Assembly (NCBI GenBank): GCA_951406725.2
Contig: OX597830.1
Location: 18,166,001-18,230,000 of the forward strand
Source of the DNA: Octopus vulgaris
Lineage: Eukaryota
Direction of reading: 5' to 3'
DNA: 64,000 bases
In this document: positions 1-14,024 of the stretch, one piece after another
Layout of the letters: each line of letters starts with the position of its first letter
Numbering within the stretch: the stretch's first letter is position 1
Program-made: the position numbers and the translations under genes
The notes under the pieces: model-generated
Database searches by the model: none
What the model saw: only the letters and a program-made list of their open reading frames with translations
What the model was told of the DNA's origin: nothing

Positions 1-3000
1 GACATTCATGATGATGGTAGCAGCAATAAGGGAAATAGATAGTGTTTGTAGTGGTGGTGGTAGTAGCAGGAGTAGTAGTAGTAATAGTAGTAGCGGTGGT
101 GGTGGTGAGGGTGATTGAAACAGTAAATTTAAAGCTAAATTACAACAAACATGTTACATTGAGGAAATAATAATATTGATTTCTTTGATCTAGGCATAAA
201 GCCATTTTATTTTTATTCATTTATATTTATCGAATTGAACTCCCGTCTCCTGTGGCACATAGCTAGCTGTTAACTTATCGATCGGGGATGGAAGATGAAA
301 GCCAGATTCTACCCTGGCGGTTTTTGAACTCAGAACGTTCCGAAGAATAAAGCTAAACATTAATCTAGTTTTGTCTACAACTCCAAGCCAATTCCACAGC
401 TCTGTGTCGAGCATTATATACATTTGTATTGGCACCGTAGTAGGACAGACGCCAATATTTATAGGAAAAAGTAGTACAGACAGCGGAATTGATTGGCTCT
501 CCGTAGACAGGTGCAGGTGTGGCTGTGTGGTGAGAAGCTTGATTCCCAACCACATGGTTTCAGGTTCAGTCCCACTACGTGACACCTTGGGCAGGTGCCT
601 TCTATAGCTCTGGGTCATCCAAAGCCTTGTGAGTAGGTTTGGTAGGTGGAAACTGAAGGAAGCTCATCATGTGGTGATGATATATATATATATATGAATG
701 TGTGTGTTTATTATTGTTGCCTTATCTTGACATGACATGATAGTGAAAACATGTCTGATCTTAGGAAAATATTGAATTACCTGGAAACAGGTGGGTGGGG
801 TAAGAGGAGTGACATCTGGCTGCAGGAAACTGACCTCAAGTTCAACCTGACATATGCAAGCATGGAAAAGTGGATGTTAAAAGGATGATGATAATGATAA
901 TACACACTCTCTCACACACACACAACAGAACCTTTACATGGTTGCTCAACCAGCTTGAGATATTAACCAAATGGTCATGTCTAAGATACTTTGATCATAA
1001 ACAACTTAGGATTAAACAACTTGCCATTTTTTCAGATACTTACAGACCTACGGGGGGGATGAGTGAACAGAAGATGGGAGAGCTGGTCCCTAACTAGTCT
1101 GACAGTACAGGATTGAATCAGCCTCCAAAGGATCTGAAGTTGGAGCCTATACAAATGAAAATCTATGTCCTGTAAGACTGTATCTGGTTTGTTTTATATC
1201 ACAGACTACCACCACTGCTAATAACTATTCTCTGTCATAGGACTAGAGTTGGCAGGGTAAAGTGGTTTATCTTTTGTTGTACATGTTTCGGTCATTGAAC
1301 TGCAGCCATGCTGGAGCACCACTTTAAAGGGTTTAGTCAAGCAAATCAGTTTTTAAGTTTGGTACCTATCCTATCAATGTCTTTTGCCAAACTGCTAAAT
1401 TATGGGTGGGGGGGACAAACAAACCAACACTGCTTATCAAGTGTTGGCAAGAGATAAACAGATACACACACACACACATATATATATACTCTTTACTCTC
1501 TTACTTGTTTCGGTCATTTGATTGCAGCCATGCTGGAGCACCAACTTTAGTCAAGCAAATCGACCCCAGGACTTATTCTTTGGAAGCCTAGTACTTATTC
1601 TATCGGTACGGGGACTTAAACACACCATCATCGGTTGTCAAGCAATGTTGGGGGGGACAAACACAGACACACATATATACACATACATACATACATATAT
1701 ATATTACATGTATACGACAGGCTTCTTGCAGTTTCTGTCTACCAAATCCACTCACAAGGCTTTGGTCAGCCCGAGGCTATAGTAGAAAACACTTGCCCAA
1801 GGTGCCACGTAGTGGGAATGAACCCAGAACCGTGTGGTTGGTAAGCAAGCTACTTACCACACAGCCACTCCTGCACCTTTATATATATACAGTGGATTTT
1901 TACATATATCCATATATTAAATTCACTCATAGGACACTAGTCAGTCCAGGGCTTTAGAAGATGCTTGCCCTATAGTGGGACTGAACTCAAAACCACATTG
2001 CTGCAGAGCAAGCCTCTTAACCACACAGCCATGCCTTATCATTGAAAACCAGGTCTATTACCATCCATGTAATTGTTAACATCAGCTCTGTAGTAGCACT
2101 GGTCCAGCAGTAATCCTACGACAGCAACAACAGCTACAGAATGTGTTTTGGAATATGTTACTTTACAGATTTAGATTTTAGATGACAGCCCTCCTCCCTT
2201 CTCCCACTCTTAGAATATGACCATTTCTAGTTGACATTTTTTTGTCATATCTTTGTATGTTTACACATAAACATGTATTTTAAAACTAAATTCTTTAAAA
2301 TTTAAAATTACATGTATGCGTGCATGTGTAATTGGTATTTGTTGTTTTAGCTCTGAGTTTGCTCTGAATGAGAGGACTTGTGGTTTCAAAAGAGTTCCAG
2401 TTATGACCATCCTCCCTTTTTTTTTTTTTTTTTTAATATCTAGGCCAAGACTACATTATTCATTGTTACCACATCTTTTTTTAAAGACAGTTGTGTGTGA
2501 ATTGAGGGAGATTTAGTTGCTATTTCTACCAGAACTCACAACCACATTGCCTCAGTTTGTGTGTGTAATAAGTAGAATTACAAAGTCATATAGAAAGGTT
2601 GTGTACAGCTAGTCACTACTGAAACGATTCTGATTGTACTTTTACCAATCACAGATGAGTGCAGTCAGCTTGGTATCTGTGTGTCTACGTCCATAGATGT
2701 GTTATAAACAGGCATTGTGTGTGTGCAGAAATTAATATACACACACAGACATTGTCGGTGAGTAGCTGTAGACTAGTTAATGTAATTACTGATGAAAGTG
2801 GTAGTGGGAAGTCGGAGGACGTCTTTTACATATGACACTTGTAATACTTGTCTAGTCATTAGCTTCCTTAGCTTGGCTGTGCTGTACTATGTGTATGCCT
2901 GCATCGCTGAACATGTTTGCATGTGTGTGTGTGTCAGTAGAGGTGAAATAAGGTATAAAATAATGCGGAAAAAGTAGAAAATGTCTAGCTGACTGAAGAA

Positions 3001-3283
3001 TATGTGCATTAGACATCTTTTATTATTAAACAGCAGTAGAATATAGCAGTTACTAGTTGTGGTTATCTTCACCAATATGTTGGTGGTGGTGGTGATGGTG
3101 GGTCACCAATGAAAATTTGACTGATTCCATTCATATTTGTGTGTGTGTGTTTATGTGAAGTTGTTGGTTAGTTGGGTGGACATTGTGGAAAAAGTGTGAA
3201 CAGTCGGGCCGACCAAAGCCTTGTGAGTGGATTTGGTAGACGGAAACTGAAAGAAGTCCGTCGTATATATGTATATATATATG

Positions 3284-3314
<31 letters not shown>

Positions 3315-4526
3315 CTGTGTTTGTCCCCCTAGCATTGCTTGACAACCGATGCTGGTGTGTTTATGTCCCCGTCACTTAGCGGTTCGGCAAAAAGAGACCG
3401 ATAGAATAAGTACTGGGCTTACAAAGAATGAGTCCCGGGGTCGAGTTGCTCGATTAAAGGTGGTACTCCAGCATGGCCGCAGTCACATGACTGAAACAAG
3501 TAAAGAAAGAAAGAGAGAGAGAGAGTTGAAAAACGTAGAAAAGGTGCAGTGGTGGGGAGGTCATGAAGATGTCCACAGAGTAATTCTTAATAGAATTGAA
3601 CCTTGTGTTAAGACTGAATCCTTTCTAGGCACAAGGCCTGAAATTTTGGAAGGGGTGGGGGTTAAGTCGATTACATCAACCCCAGTACTTAACTGGTACT
3701 TAATTTATTGACCTCAAAATGATGAAAGGCAAAGTCAACCTTGGCAGTAATTTGAACTCAGAATGTAAAGATGGACAAAATGCTGCTAAGCATTTTGCCT
3801 GGTGTACTAAAGATTCTACCTGTTCACTGTCTTAATAATAATAATAATAATAATAATGATCAGGCTCTCAATGCCCTGATGCAGTACCAGGCAGTGACTC
3901 TCATGGCTTCTGATCTTATGGTTGTAATGCATGTGCCTGGTGTACCCTTGTCAGAAGGGTAGTCATGGTGGGTATATTGCGCTTCATATATTTGTATCCC
4001 AGTGTCACTTTGATGGCATGCATTGCTCTCTCACTCACTCAATAGTAAGAATAATAATAATTCTTTCAGCTCTAGGCACAAGGCCAATAGTTTTGAAGTT
4101 AAGGGACAAGTCAATTATATCAACCCCAGCACTTGACTGGTACATATTTTATTGACCCTAAAAGCATGAAAGGCAAAGTTGACCTTGGCAGGATTTGAAC
4201 TCACCATAAAGAGCCTGAAGAAATTCCACTTAACATTTTGTCCAACATGTTAACAGTTGTGGTAGCTCACTGCCTCAATAGTAATAATTTCTAAGATAGA
4301 CACAAGGTTTCCAGTTTAAATGAGAGAATATAGGGAATTAACTTAACCTCCAGTACACAGTTGTGTTATTCATTAACACCTCTTTATCTTCTCTCTAGAA
4401 AGATGAAAGTTAAAATTGGTCTTCATAAAATTTGAACTGAGATGTAGAGAAACAAGTGAAAAACTATAAAGGATTTTGTCTGATGCTTTACCAATTCTGC
4501 CACCACCACCACAACAACAACAGCAG

Positions 4527-4900
4527 AGGCACAGTGGCCCAGTGGTTAGGGCAGCGGACTCGCAGTCGGAGGATCGCGGTTTCGATTCCCAGACCGGGCG
4601 TTGTGTGTGTTTATTGAGCAGAGACACCTAAAGCTCCACGAGGCTCCAGCAGGGGGTGGTGGCGACCCCTGTTGTACTCTTTCGTTCCCACTTTCTCTCA
4701 CTCTTTCTTCCTGTTTCTTGTCCCTGACTTCCTACGCAACAGCTGAGCCTGGATGCGCATTCGTCCATCTGTCGATGCTCTCGGTGTCGGGGGTTGACCA
4801 GCTTTCTCTTCTGCGGGTCTTACAAATAGCAAAGGATCACGTTTCGGACTTCTCCCACTACAGACGGGATGAAGACTGCTTCGCTCAACAAACAAACAAC
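4527..4900 (+). mobile_element. tRNA-derived SINE family 3 (partial copy at 6700-6952)
   Basis: GTGGCCCAGTGGTTAGGGCAGCGGACT..GGTTTCGATTCCC tRNA-like head and (CAA)n tail. Confidence 0.8.
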
Positions 4901-5662
4901 AACAGCATTAATAATGCTTTCAAATTCTGGTTCAAGGCCAGCAAGTTCAGGGGAAGTGGTTAAGTTGATCATATCAACCCTCAGTACTCGACTAGTATTT
5001 ATTTTATCGACCCCGAAAGGATGAAAGGCAAAGTCAACCTTGAGGGAATTTGAACTTGGAATGTAAAGACAGACAAAATAACTCTAAACATTTTGCCCAA
5101 CATGCTAACAGTTCTGCCAGCTTGCCACCTTAAATAATAATAATCCTTTCTACTATAAGCACAAGGCCTGAAATGTGGGGGAGGGTACTAGTCGATTACG
5201 TCGACCCCAGTGTTTCACTGACACTTAATTTATCGACCCCGATAGGATGAAAGGCAGAGTCGACCTTGGCGGAATTTGAACTCAGAATATAAAGATGGAT
5301 GAAATACCACTAAATATTTTTCCCCGGCATGCAATTTTGCCTGTTTGCCGCCTTAATAATAACAATAATAAATAGTGTGAGAGGAGAAAATCTGAATAAT
5401 ACTCTACTGTTATTACATGGCCTAGATATTTGAAAGAATAATGTTATTGTGCTGGTGATGGAACAGGGTGTATGGTATAATAATTATATAGACTGCACCT
5501 ATAGTGAGATGAAAAGTTTATAACTGAAGTGGTATAGTAAGTTGGGATGTCGCTAATGAGGAGTGGAGGCCACAAGACTGTTGGTTGGATCTGCAACACT
5601 AAACTTCCCCCTCTCCTAATATAAAAAAAAAATATCCAAAACGTTTGAAAAAATATAAATAT

Positions 5663-6075
5663 AGGCACAGGAGTGGCTGTGTGGTAAGTAGCTTGTTTAC
5701 CAACCACATGGTTCCGGGTTCAGTCCCACTGCATGGTACCTTGGGCAAGTGTCTTCTACTATAGCCTTGGGCCGACCAAAGCCTTGTGAGTGGATTTGGT
5801 AGACGGAAACTGAAAGAAGCTCGTCGTATATATGTATATATATATGTGTGTGTGTGTGCGTGTATGTTTGTATGTCTGTGTTTGTGCCCCCAACATTGCT
5901 TGACAACCGATGCTGGTGTGTTTATGTCCCCATCACTTAGCAGTTCAGCAAAAGAGACCGATAGAATAAGTACTGGGCTTACAAAAGAATAAGTCCCGGG
6001 GTCGATTTGCTCGACTAAAGGCGGTGCTCCAGCATGGCCGCAGTCAAATGACTGAAACAAGTAAAAGAGAAAAGA
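5663..6075 (+). mobile_element. tRNA-derived SINE family 1, full copy (other + copies near 511-670, 3205-3510, 31767-32145, 37601-38020, 38571-38950, 63715-63880)
   Basis: A-box-like TGGCTGTGTGG, B-box-like GGTTCAGTCCC, CORE-like CCTTGGGCAAGT, internal (TA)n(TG)n and an AAAGAG tail. Many near-identical copies in the window. Confidence 0.9.
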
Positions 6076-8796
6076 GAAAGAGAAAGAGATAGTCTGTCTT
6101 AGGTGGGCACTGCTGTATAATCTGTCCTTGGCAGGCACTGTGATAGATATAATCTGTCCTGATATAGTCTGTCCTAGTGGATACTTTATATACTAAGACA
6201 ATTTTACAAAAGCACCCTATGTATCTGTCTCTCTCACATTTATTTAATCACCTTAATCGTGTTTTTGCCCATCAATGATGGTCTGTCTGATGTTAACACT
6301 GTTATATGCAGTTTGTATTATGCGGAGACTTACATCTTTATGGACACTGATGTAGTGTCTGTCCTATGTGGACATAGTTTCTCCTCTAGTCAGACACTGT
6401 TGTTTACAGTCTGTCTTACACAGACACATTTATAAAATGTCCCATGCATTTCTCTCCCTCTCAAATACTTAATCACCTTCCTCCCATTTTCGTTTGTCAA
6501 TGTCGAATCACTGATACGTAAAAACATCTGGCATTTTTTTTTTTTTTTTGCTCCTTTTGCCCTCGTCTATGTAATTAATTCCTTGTCTTCATCTCTCTTT
6601 TTCTTTGTTCATTTACCGACTTCTTCGCCATTGTTCATCTATAAAGGATTTTGTCTGATGCTCTACCAATTCTGCCACCACCACCACCACAACAACAGCG
6701 GAAGCACAATGGCCCGGTGGTTAGGGCAGCGGACTCGCAGTCGGAGGATCGCGGTTTCGATTCCCAGACCGGGCGTTGTGTGTGTGTTTATTGAGCGAAA
6801 ACACCTAAAGTTCCACGAGGCTCCGGCAGGGGGCGGTGGCAGCCCCTGTTGTACTCTTTCGCTCCAACTTTCTCTCACTCTTTCTTCCTGTTTCTTGTCC
6901 CCTACTTCCTACGCAACCGCTGAGCCTGGATGCGCATTCATCCATCCGTCGATTTATCTGCCATTCATCTTCATTATCGTGTGTTTTCCTCTTTTGTCAA
7001 CTAAAATAATGTAGTCTCTGGAAATACAAAAATACTGGTTAGTCAATACTAGCACACCTTTGATTACAAGTCTGCTCAATCAGTGCCTTCTTTGGACTAA
7101 AAACTGCAACAACATTTATATTTAGAGATCTGACTTACTATTTTTTACTTCTCCTTTGTATTACTCACCCTTATTTCAAGAAACCGTTTGCCTGTCAGGT
7201 CTTACTCTAATTCCATTACCACTTCACTTATTACCATTTTCCAAAATAATTCACAAAAATCAATAAAATAAATAAGAAAAAAAATAACATTTAGTTCTGG
7301 AATTTAGAGCTGGAATGCCATTTCAAGAGTTATTTACAAAAATAAACAACTATTCAGTAGTTATGGAATGTGGAATTATTATTATTAATAATAATAATAA
7401 CATTGCACTGGTTCTGGTTCTAGTATAATTCCCTATGGGTTAATTATTACTGAAACGTTACTGCTTCTATAATTTCTTCAAATTATATTGAAAATACGAA
7501 CAAAATCTCTTTCTCTCTCTCTCATTAACACAGAAATTTTTGCTAAGTTTTGTAACTTCCGGTGTTTGTTTATGATGATGATGATGGTGATAATGATGAT
7601 GGGGTAGTGGTGGTGACGAAATTGAAGTGATTGTAGATACAGCAATCTCTTGTGTTGTAGAAAGGTTGTATTCCTGAAAGCTTTGCTGTGATGAGGGAAT
7701 TCTATAAAGCAACATCTATTTCCCTATTGAATTCCATGCAATAATTGTGATGCATTCCTGTGTAAATTCTTGGGAAAATAAACCAAAAAATACAAAAACC
7801 AATGCCAGTACTTGTATAACCCTAACTAAAATTTCTGAAACACAAAGAATCCTTGTGTATTGAGGATGAAGATGATGATGGCAACAGTGATAGTAGTGAT
7901 GGTGATGACAATAATGGTTAATGACAGTGATTTTACTTCCTCAACTGTTGCATCTATAATGTTATTCTTTTGTAAATTTTTATCATTGAGTTGGCAGAGA
8001 AGGGGTCTACCCATCACCTTTTTCAGGACATTTGTGCCACACTTGGGAGCAGTTTGTTTTGCATCCCTTTTTTTTTTTCCATGCTAACATCAGTTGAACA
8101 AATACACATTATCGAGACATTATTTTATAGTCAAATGCCTCCTCCACCTCTCATATATATATATATATATATATATACGAAGGAGTCATACCCAATGACT
8201 GGTGTAGCAGCCTAATAGTCAAGTGCTACAAAGGTAAAGGCGACACTTTAGATACAAATAATTACCTCATCTGAATCACTATGAACTTGCACTTTCCGGA
8301 TCTCTCTTAGTTTTCTGCAGTATTATATATATTCATATATCTTTGCTGCCTCTTCATGCTTTGTTCTATTATATCTATATATATATATATATATATATCA
8401 TAGTGATAAAAAATCTACAGATGGAGAAGAACATACTACCACCATGTTCTTAATGATGAAATTAACCTCTCTGTCTATATATCTACCCTCTTTGTAATGT
8501 TGGCAAATGAAATAAGTATAAGAATGTGCATTGTCCGTTTAATTTTAAAAATCCTATATGTGGCTGAAGATTGCTTGACATTTTAAAACTGATGTAATAC
8601 TTACAGTGTTTAAATAAAATGAAGTAGCATGAAACAATTGTACTACACTACCTTGGATATCCTTGTTGCTTATTTTGATTATAACCACCTCATTTGATTT
8701 ATATGGATAATACCATACCAAATTCTGGTGCCTTTAACTTAAGTACCATATTCATCTGAATCTAAATTTTGCTGAACTTATATATATCTTTATATT

Positions 8797-8817
8797 TTCC
8801 TTAACTTTTTTTTACAG
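8797..8817 (+). promoter_or_regulatory. U12-type (minor spliceosome) branch site and 3' splice site
   Basis: TTCCTTAAC at 8797-8805 is the exact U12 branch consensus and lies 12 nt before the end of the acceptor AG at 8817. Confidence 0.8.
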
Positions 8818-9036
8818 TACATGATCATTTTGTTTCTTCTGTTCCTCATCCAGTTTTCTCTAGCTTGTGCATGTCTCGCTATGAACGATGCTCAGAAAGA
8901 CTCTCTTGCAATTAGGGGATGGAAGCTTGCTGGTAACAAGACTCGCTACGATGTGCAGTATGTGTTTAACTGTTGTGGACTCCAGGTAGTAAATGCACCA
9001 GTTTTATTGAACACAGGACACCCCGTGTGTAGTGGA
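8818..9036 (+). CDS. TSPAN13/31: Tetraspanin-13/31-like gene, internal exon (TM3 plus first part of the large extracellular loop with the CCG motif)
   Basis: Acceptor tttacag|TAC at 8817/8818 and donor GGA|gtgagt at 9036/9037, both phase 0. Translates YMIILFLLFLIQFSLACACLAMNDAQKDSLAIRGWKLAGNKTRYDVQYVFNCCGLQVVNAPVLLNTGHPVCSG, matching the TSPAN13/31 TM3 pattern YMIIL..QFS..CACLA and the tetraspanin CCG motif. Upstream exons lie outside the window. Confidence 0.95.
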
Positions 9037-11286
9037 GTGAGTATCATTCGTCTTTCACTTGTTTCTGTATCTGTACTTTTTTTTCTTTTTAAAACTTTAT
9101 ATTCTTGTCAATGGCTGAGTACCATGTGTTCCAAAGAAAGAACCCTTATGCACTTGCTTGATCTGCTGGAAACAGCAGCCAAATTTCCCTCAGATCACAA
9201 GCCTAACCACTTAAAAAAGAATGTAGATTGTATAATATAGTCTTAGATACAATGCCTGAAAAGACTGGGAATGGTCAGGTAAAAGAGGGGAAAGAATATT
9301 TAATCCGACCATATCCGGCCCAGATATTCTAGCTGTTTTATGTTAAAAGTGACAGATCCATCCTCTCACACATACCCTACAATGCCATTAAAAGAATATA
9401 CAAACATACCATTGAGATCTTGAAGCAACAATTTGAATAAATTTGATGGAATAAATCTGAATGCTAAAGTTTTAAACAAAACTGGATCAAACTAAATTAC
9501 TTAGTCTAGGATTTTACTAAGTTTGCTTAATATAGTTCTTTACTATATTTAGTAACTAAATTTGCACTTCACAGTTTTTCGTTTATCATCGAACTCTAAT
9601 TGTGGAGGGATAGACCCAGGAAGATGTGGGACAAAGTGGATCTTCAAACACTGGACTTCACTGAGAAAATGATAAGGGACCAGGAGTTGTGGCGATTTGC
9701 TGTACTTGAGAAAACACATCAAACTAACTGAAATCGCAGACATCCATACATACAGGCTTGTCCTTTACAGATGCTGGTACTATATAAAATGCACTTTTTC
9801 AGTGCTACATAAACACACCCATGCCAGTGGCACATAAAAAGCCCCCAGCACACTCTGTAAAGCGGTTGGCATTAGGAAGGGCATCTAACTATAGAAACCA
9901 TGTTACAACAGGTAATTGAAGTCTGGACAGCTCTGCAGCTGACCAGCTCCTGTCAAACCGTCCAGCCCATGCCTGCATGGAAAGCAGATATTAAACAATG
10001 ACGATGATCATTATCTTATCTTTATACCTGTTTTTCCCATGCATCATGGGTTAGATGAGATTTATTGAGGCAGCTTTCTCTGTTCTAGATGCTTTACCAG
10101 TTTGATTCCAAATAAGGTATTTACTCCCTTGGTTTTTTATATGACAAGCCATAAAATGACCTGGCATGTTTTTAAAGCAGGTATAAACAATGGTACCATC
10201 TGACCAGTGTTATTGATTCATGTGTTAAGTGTATCAACAATATCAGGACACAGGTGTGAAGAAACACACACACACACTCACTCATTTATGATCACTCACC
10301 TGCACATATTGCATGCAATGGAATGAACCCAAAAACCAGTTTTCACTTTCCGTCTACCAACTTAACTCACAAATCATTAATAAGTCTGGCACTAGTGAAG
10401 AAGACACTTGCCCATGGTGCTATGCAACATGAACAAACACAAAACCATATAGTTTAGAAGCCAACTTTTTTACCACATAGCCAATCACTAATGATGTCTA
10501 ACACAGGCACAAGGCCACAACAATTTTAATGGGTAGTTATAATAGTTGTTTATATCAACTATTAGCTCCGGTGTGTTTTATATGACACTGGTGCGTTTTA
10601 TTTGACAGAGGCGGTACCATGCCCAATGAGGTAAATCCGAGGCGTGATTGTTGCTAGTTGAAAACTATCGCCAGTGCTTTTATGTGGTACCATCACTAGT
10701 GCGTTTTACATGGCACCAGTGCTTTTAGTTTGGCATTATCACCAGTGTTTTTATGTGGTACCAGCACCAGCGCTTTTTACGTAGCACTGTTAGTGTAAGG
10801 TAAAAATTTTCATATGAATTGATCTTTGTATATGACTGGCAGTTATTTCATCAATCTCAGACGGTACAAGTGCCTAAGCCAACCTTGGCAAAGTATTTGA
10901 ACTGAAAATCTCTTTAGAATGACATAAAATACACTACAGAATTTAACCTGGCATTCAAGCATTGCTTCCAACTCGCCACCTAATGATTCTAGTCATTAAC
11001 GACAAAATATTACAACTGAGTAACAGATGTGACTGATTTTGCAGCTGTTACATCGGTTTAATACTCATACGTTTCTACGTTGGTGGATGATTAATGTACA
11101 AAAGGTTTTTACTCATACATTTTCATATCAGCTTTGTGCGTGTGTGTGTGTGTGTGTGTATATTTGTTGTGTGAAGGTTGGATTTCAGTGTTACACATCA
11201 ATGAACAACCATAAGTATGTCAATGTGCATATGTTACATATAGATAGATATCCACAGCTAAACACTCAAGTATACATATATATATA

Positions 11287-11585
11287 TAAAGTTAATCCAA
11301 ACAAGAAAGCACAAAAAAAACACAACAACAAGGGGACGTGGAACAAATATAGTATTATTGGACGCTCATATATATATATATGATGACCTCGTGTGTACCG
11401 TTGGCGATTTTTTTTCCTCTGTCTTCCCTTCTCGGGATCTTTCCTTCTCCTATGTTTCCGACAAAGAGCTCCCTTCGAAACATTAAACCCTCCTTCTTTC
11501 CTGAGCGTCCAATAATACTATATTTGTTCCACATCCTCGCGTTGTTGTTGTTTTTTTGTGTTTTCTTGTTTGGATTAACTTTATA
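11287..11585. mobile_element. Penelope-like terminal repeat with a partial inverted copy
   Basis: 11287-11367 is the reverse complement of about 11504-11585, within (TA)n. Degenerate hammerhead core at 11454-11488. Confidence 0.65.
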
Positions 11586-14024
11586 TATATATATATTCCC
11601 TGTTTGTGTTTTTGTGATTATATTACACACATATACACAGACAGCCAGACAGATAGGTAAGTAGATAGAGAGAAAGAGAGAGAGAAGCACTCACACATAC
11701 AGGCATAGAGTAGTAGCAGCAGTCATACCTACCTTGTATTGGGGTGTGGGGTGGATTTGTTACACACTTGCCTAACATATCACTGTATTACCACTTACAG
11801 GGTGATTGAGTATAATTTTTGAAATTAATACATATAGATGTTTACCTGAACTAATGAGGCTTTTCTAAGTTTTTTTTGTCGTTTAGCCTCAGACCATCCC
11901 CTGTTCATACAGACAGCATTCAAGCTGTGACCATTGTTTTTCTCTTTCACGCAGGGAGAATCAAAACCGCTTTATCCAATGAGTTCATTTTTTTAACATG
12001 GTAGAATGTAGTTTTAATGATATTCGGCTTCTATTTTCAGCAGGTAACTATGTTAAATGAGGTGGCAGCAGTTAATGTGCTCTCAGCTACTACCACCACT
12101 ACCCACAATCCACCACGCCAATTAATAATTTTAAATTACTTCCAACCAATTATCGGCCTTCATCATCATCATTTAATGTCTGCCGTCCGTGCAGGCGTGG
12201 GTTGGATGGCTTGACAGGAGTCAGCCAGGTAGAAGACTGCCTCGGGCTACTGTGTCCATTTTGGCAGGATTTTTACGGCTGGTTTTTTACCTTTCTAACA
12301 CCAACCACTCTGTAGAGTCAACTGAGTGCTTTTTACATGGGACCAGCACAGGTGAGGTCAGTTTAGACATGGTTTTACAACTGGATGCCCTTCCAAATGC
12401 CAGCACTTTACTGTGTGGACTGGATGCTTTTTACGTGGCACTGGCAGGGTTACCAAATAACTTGCAAGACAAAGAATTTTGAGAGGAGAGAGAGCATTGG
12501 AGGAGGTGATCTCATATAAGATGAAAGTTTAGAGTGTCACAGAGATAGAGAGGCAGAAACAGGTGACTTGCTATTTTATATTATGTATGTGTGGATGTGC
12601 TTCCCAGCAGGCCAGTTTGGGGTTCAGTCCCATTTTATGGTTCCTTGGGCAAGTGTCTTCTACTATAGCCCCAGGCCTATCAATGCTTTGTGAGTGGATT
12701 TGGTAGCTAGAAACTGAAAGAAGCCTGTCGTGTGAGTGTGCATATGTGTATGTTTATGTCTCGTCTTGATACTGTGTGATTGTTGTGTCACTGTCGTACA
12801 AGTAGTGTCATCCATTTTGAATTTTCTGCAAAAACATGGAAAACTGTGACCTTGCTTGAGAACAGGTGAAGGTTAGCAACAGGAAGGGCATCGGGTTATA
12901 TGTAGATAATCTGCCACATAAAAAGTACTCAGTCCACTCTGTAAGGTGGTTGGCATTAGGAAGGGCATCCAGCTGTAAAAATCATGCCAAAACTGACAGT
13001 GAAGTCTGATGCAGTCTTCTAGCTTGCCAGCTCCTGTCAAACCATCCAACCCATGCCAGCATGCAAAACATACATTAAATAATGATGATGATGATGGTAT
13101 ATATATATATATATATGTGAGCAAGGGGAAGAAAAACATGGCCATGATGGAAATAAAAATCAGTAGCTCCCAAACTAAAAAATCTATAATTATTCCTTTT
13201 GTTTTCTTTTTTGTGGAATTCTATATAAAACTGGGTTGTAACCAGTCACTATGCTGCCAGTAAAAATATGTTGTTGTTGACAAACTTGCACATAAAATTC
13301 TCCATGTTTTTAGTCAAAACTTGTTAGTTGCTATGGTGACAACACTACCTATCTATTTATCTTTCATGCACACTCTCACCATATTTCTCTCTCAAAAACA
13401 ACAACTTTCTCTCCTCACCTTTCCATTTTCATAAATATATATTCTGACAGGGGTTATCCCTTTTATTCATCCTCTTCTTTCCTGCTTCTACATATACTTT
13501 ATGACAGGCAGACAGGCAGACCCCATGCTGATGCCATGTAAAAAGCACCCATGCTGGTGCCACATATAAAGCACTGGTGTTGGTGATACATTAAAAATAA
13601 GCACCCAGTACACTCTGTGAAGTGGTTGACATTAGGAAGGGCATCCAGTTATAGAAACCCTGCCAAAGCAGACTATTGGAACCTGGTGCAGCTCTCCACC
13701 TTGCCAGCTCCTGTCAAACCATTCAACCCATGCTAGTATGGAAAACATACGTTAAATGATGATGATAAATATATATGAGCAAGGGCAAGGAAAACATGGC
13801 CTCACTACCAAAGAAAAGCGTGCTTGACGGAAGGAAAAATCAGAAGCTCCTTTAAATGCAATCGCTGTATGCATGACTACCACTCTGATGTGGGCCTCTA
13901 CAGCCACAGCAGATGCTGCACCACTGTCAGCAGCTGACACAGTTTCTTCAGGCACAGATCCATGATCTCTCAAGGCCGATATATGCCTACTCTATACTCT
14001 CTCTCTCTATATATATATATATAT

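Noticed and set aside
4527-4600. tRNA gene
   Set aside because: This is a tRNA-like SINE head without a proper acceptor stem, and it continues into the SINE body. The same applies to the other A/B-box hits.
5599-6138. 179-aa ORF and similar recurring ORFs (HLPKV..SGTEPGTMW, VSVYQIHSQGFG)
   Set aside because: They are chance translations of SINE family 1 copies.
8657-8664. ATATCCTT as the U12 donor for the exon at 8818
   Set aside because: The sequence upstream of it does not encode the expected tetraspanin TM2/loop, and an AT donor would normally pair with an AC acceptor. GTATCC near 3994 was rejected for the same lack of an upstream exon.
8821-9240. 139-aa ORF as a complete protein
   Set aside because: Only 8818-9036 is exonic; the rest reads through the GTGAGT donor into the intron.
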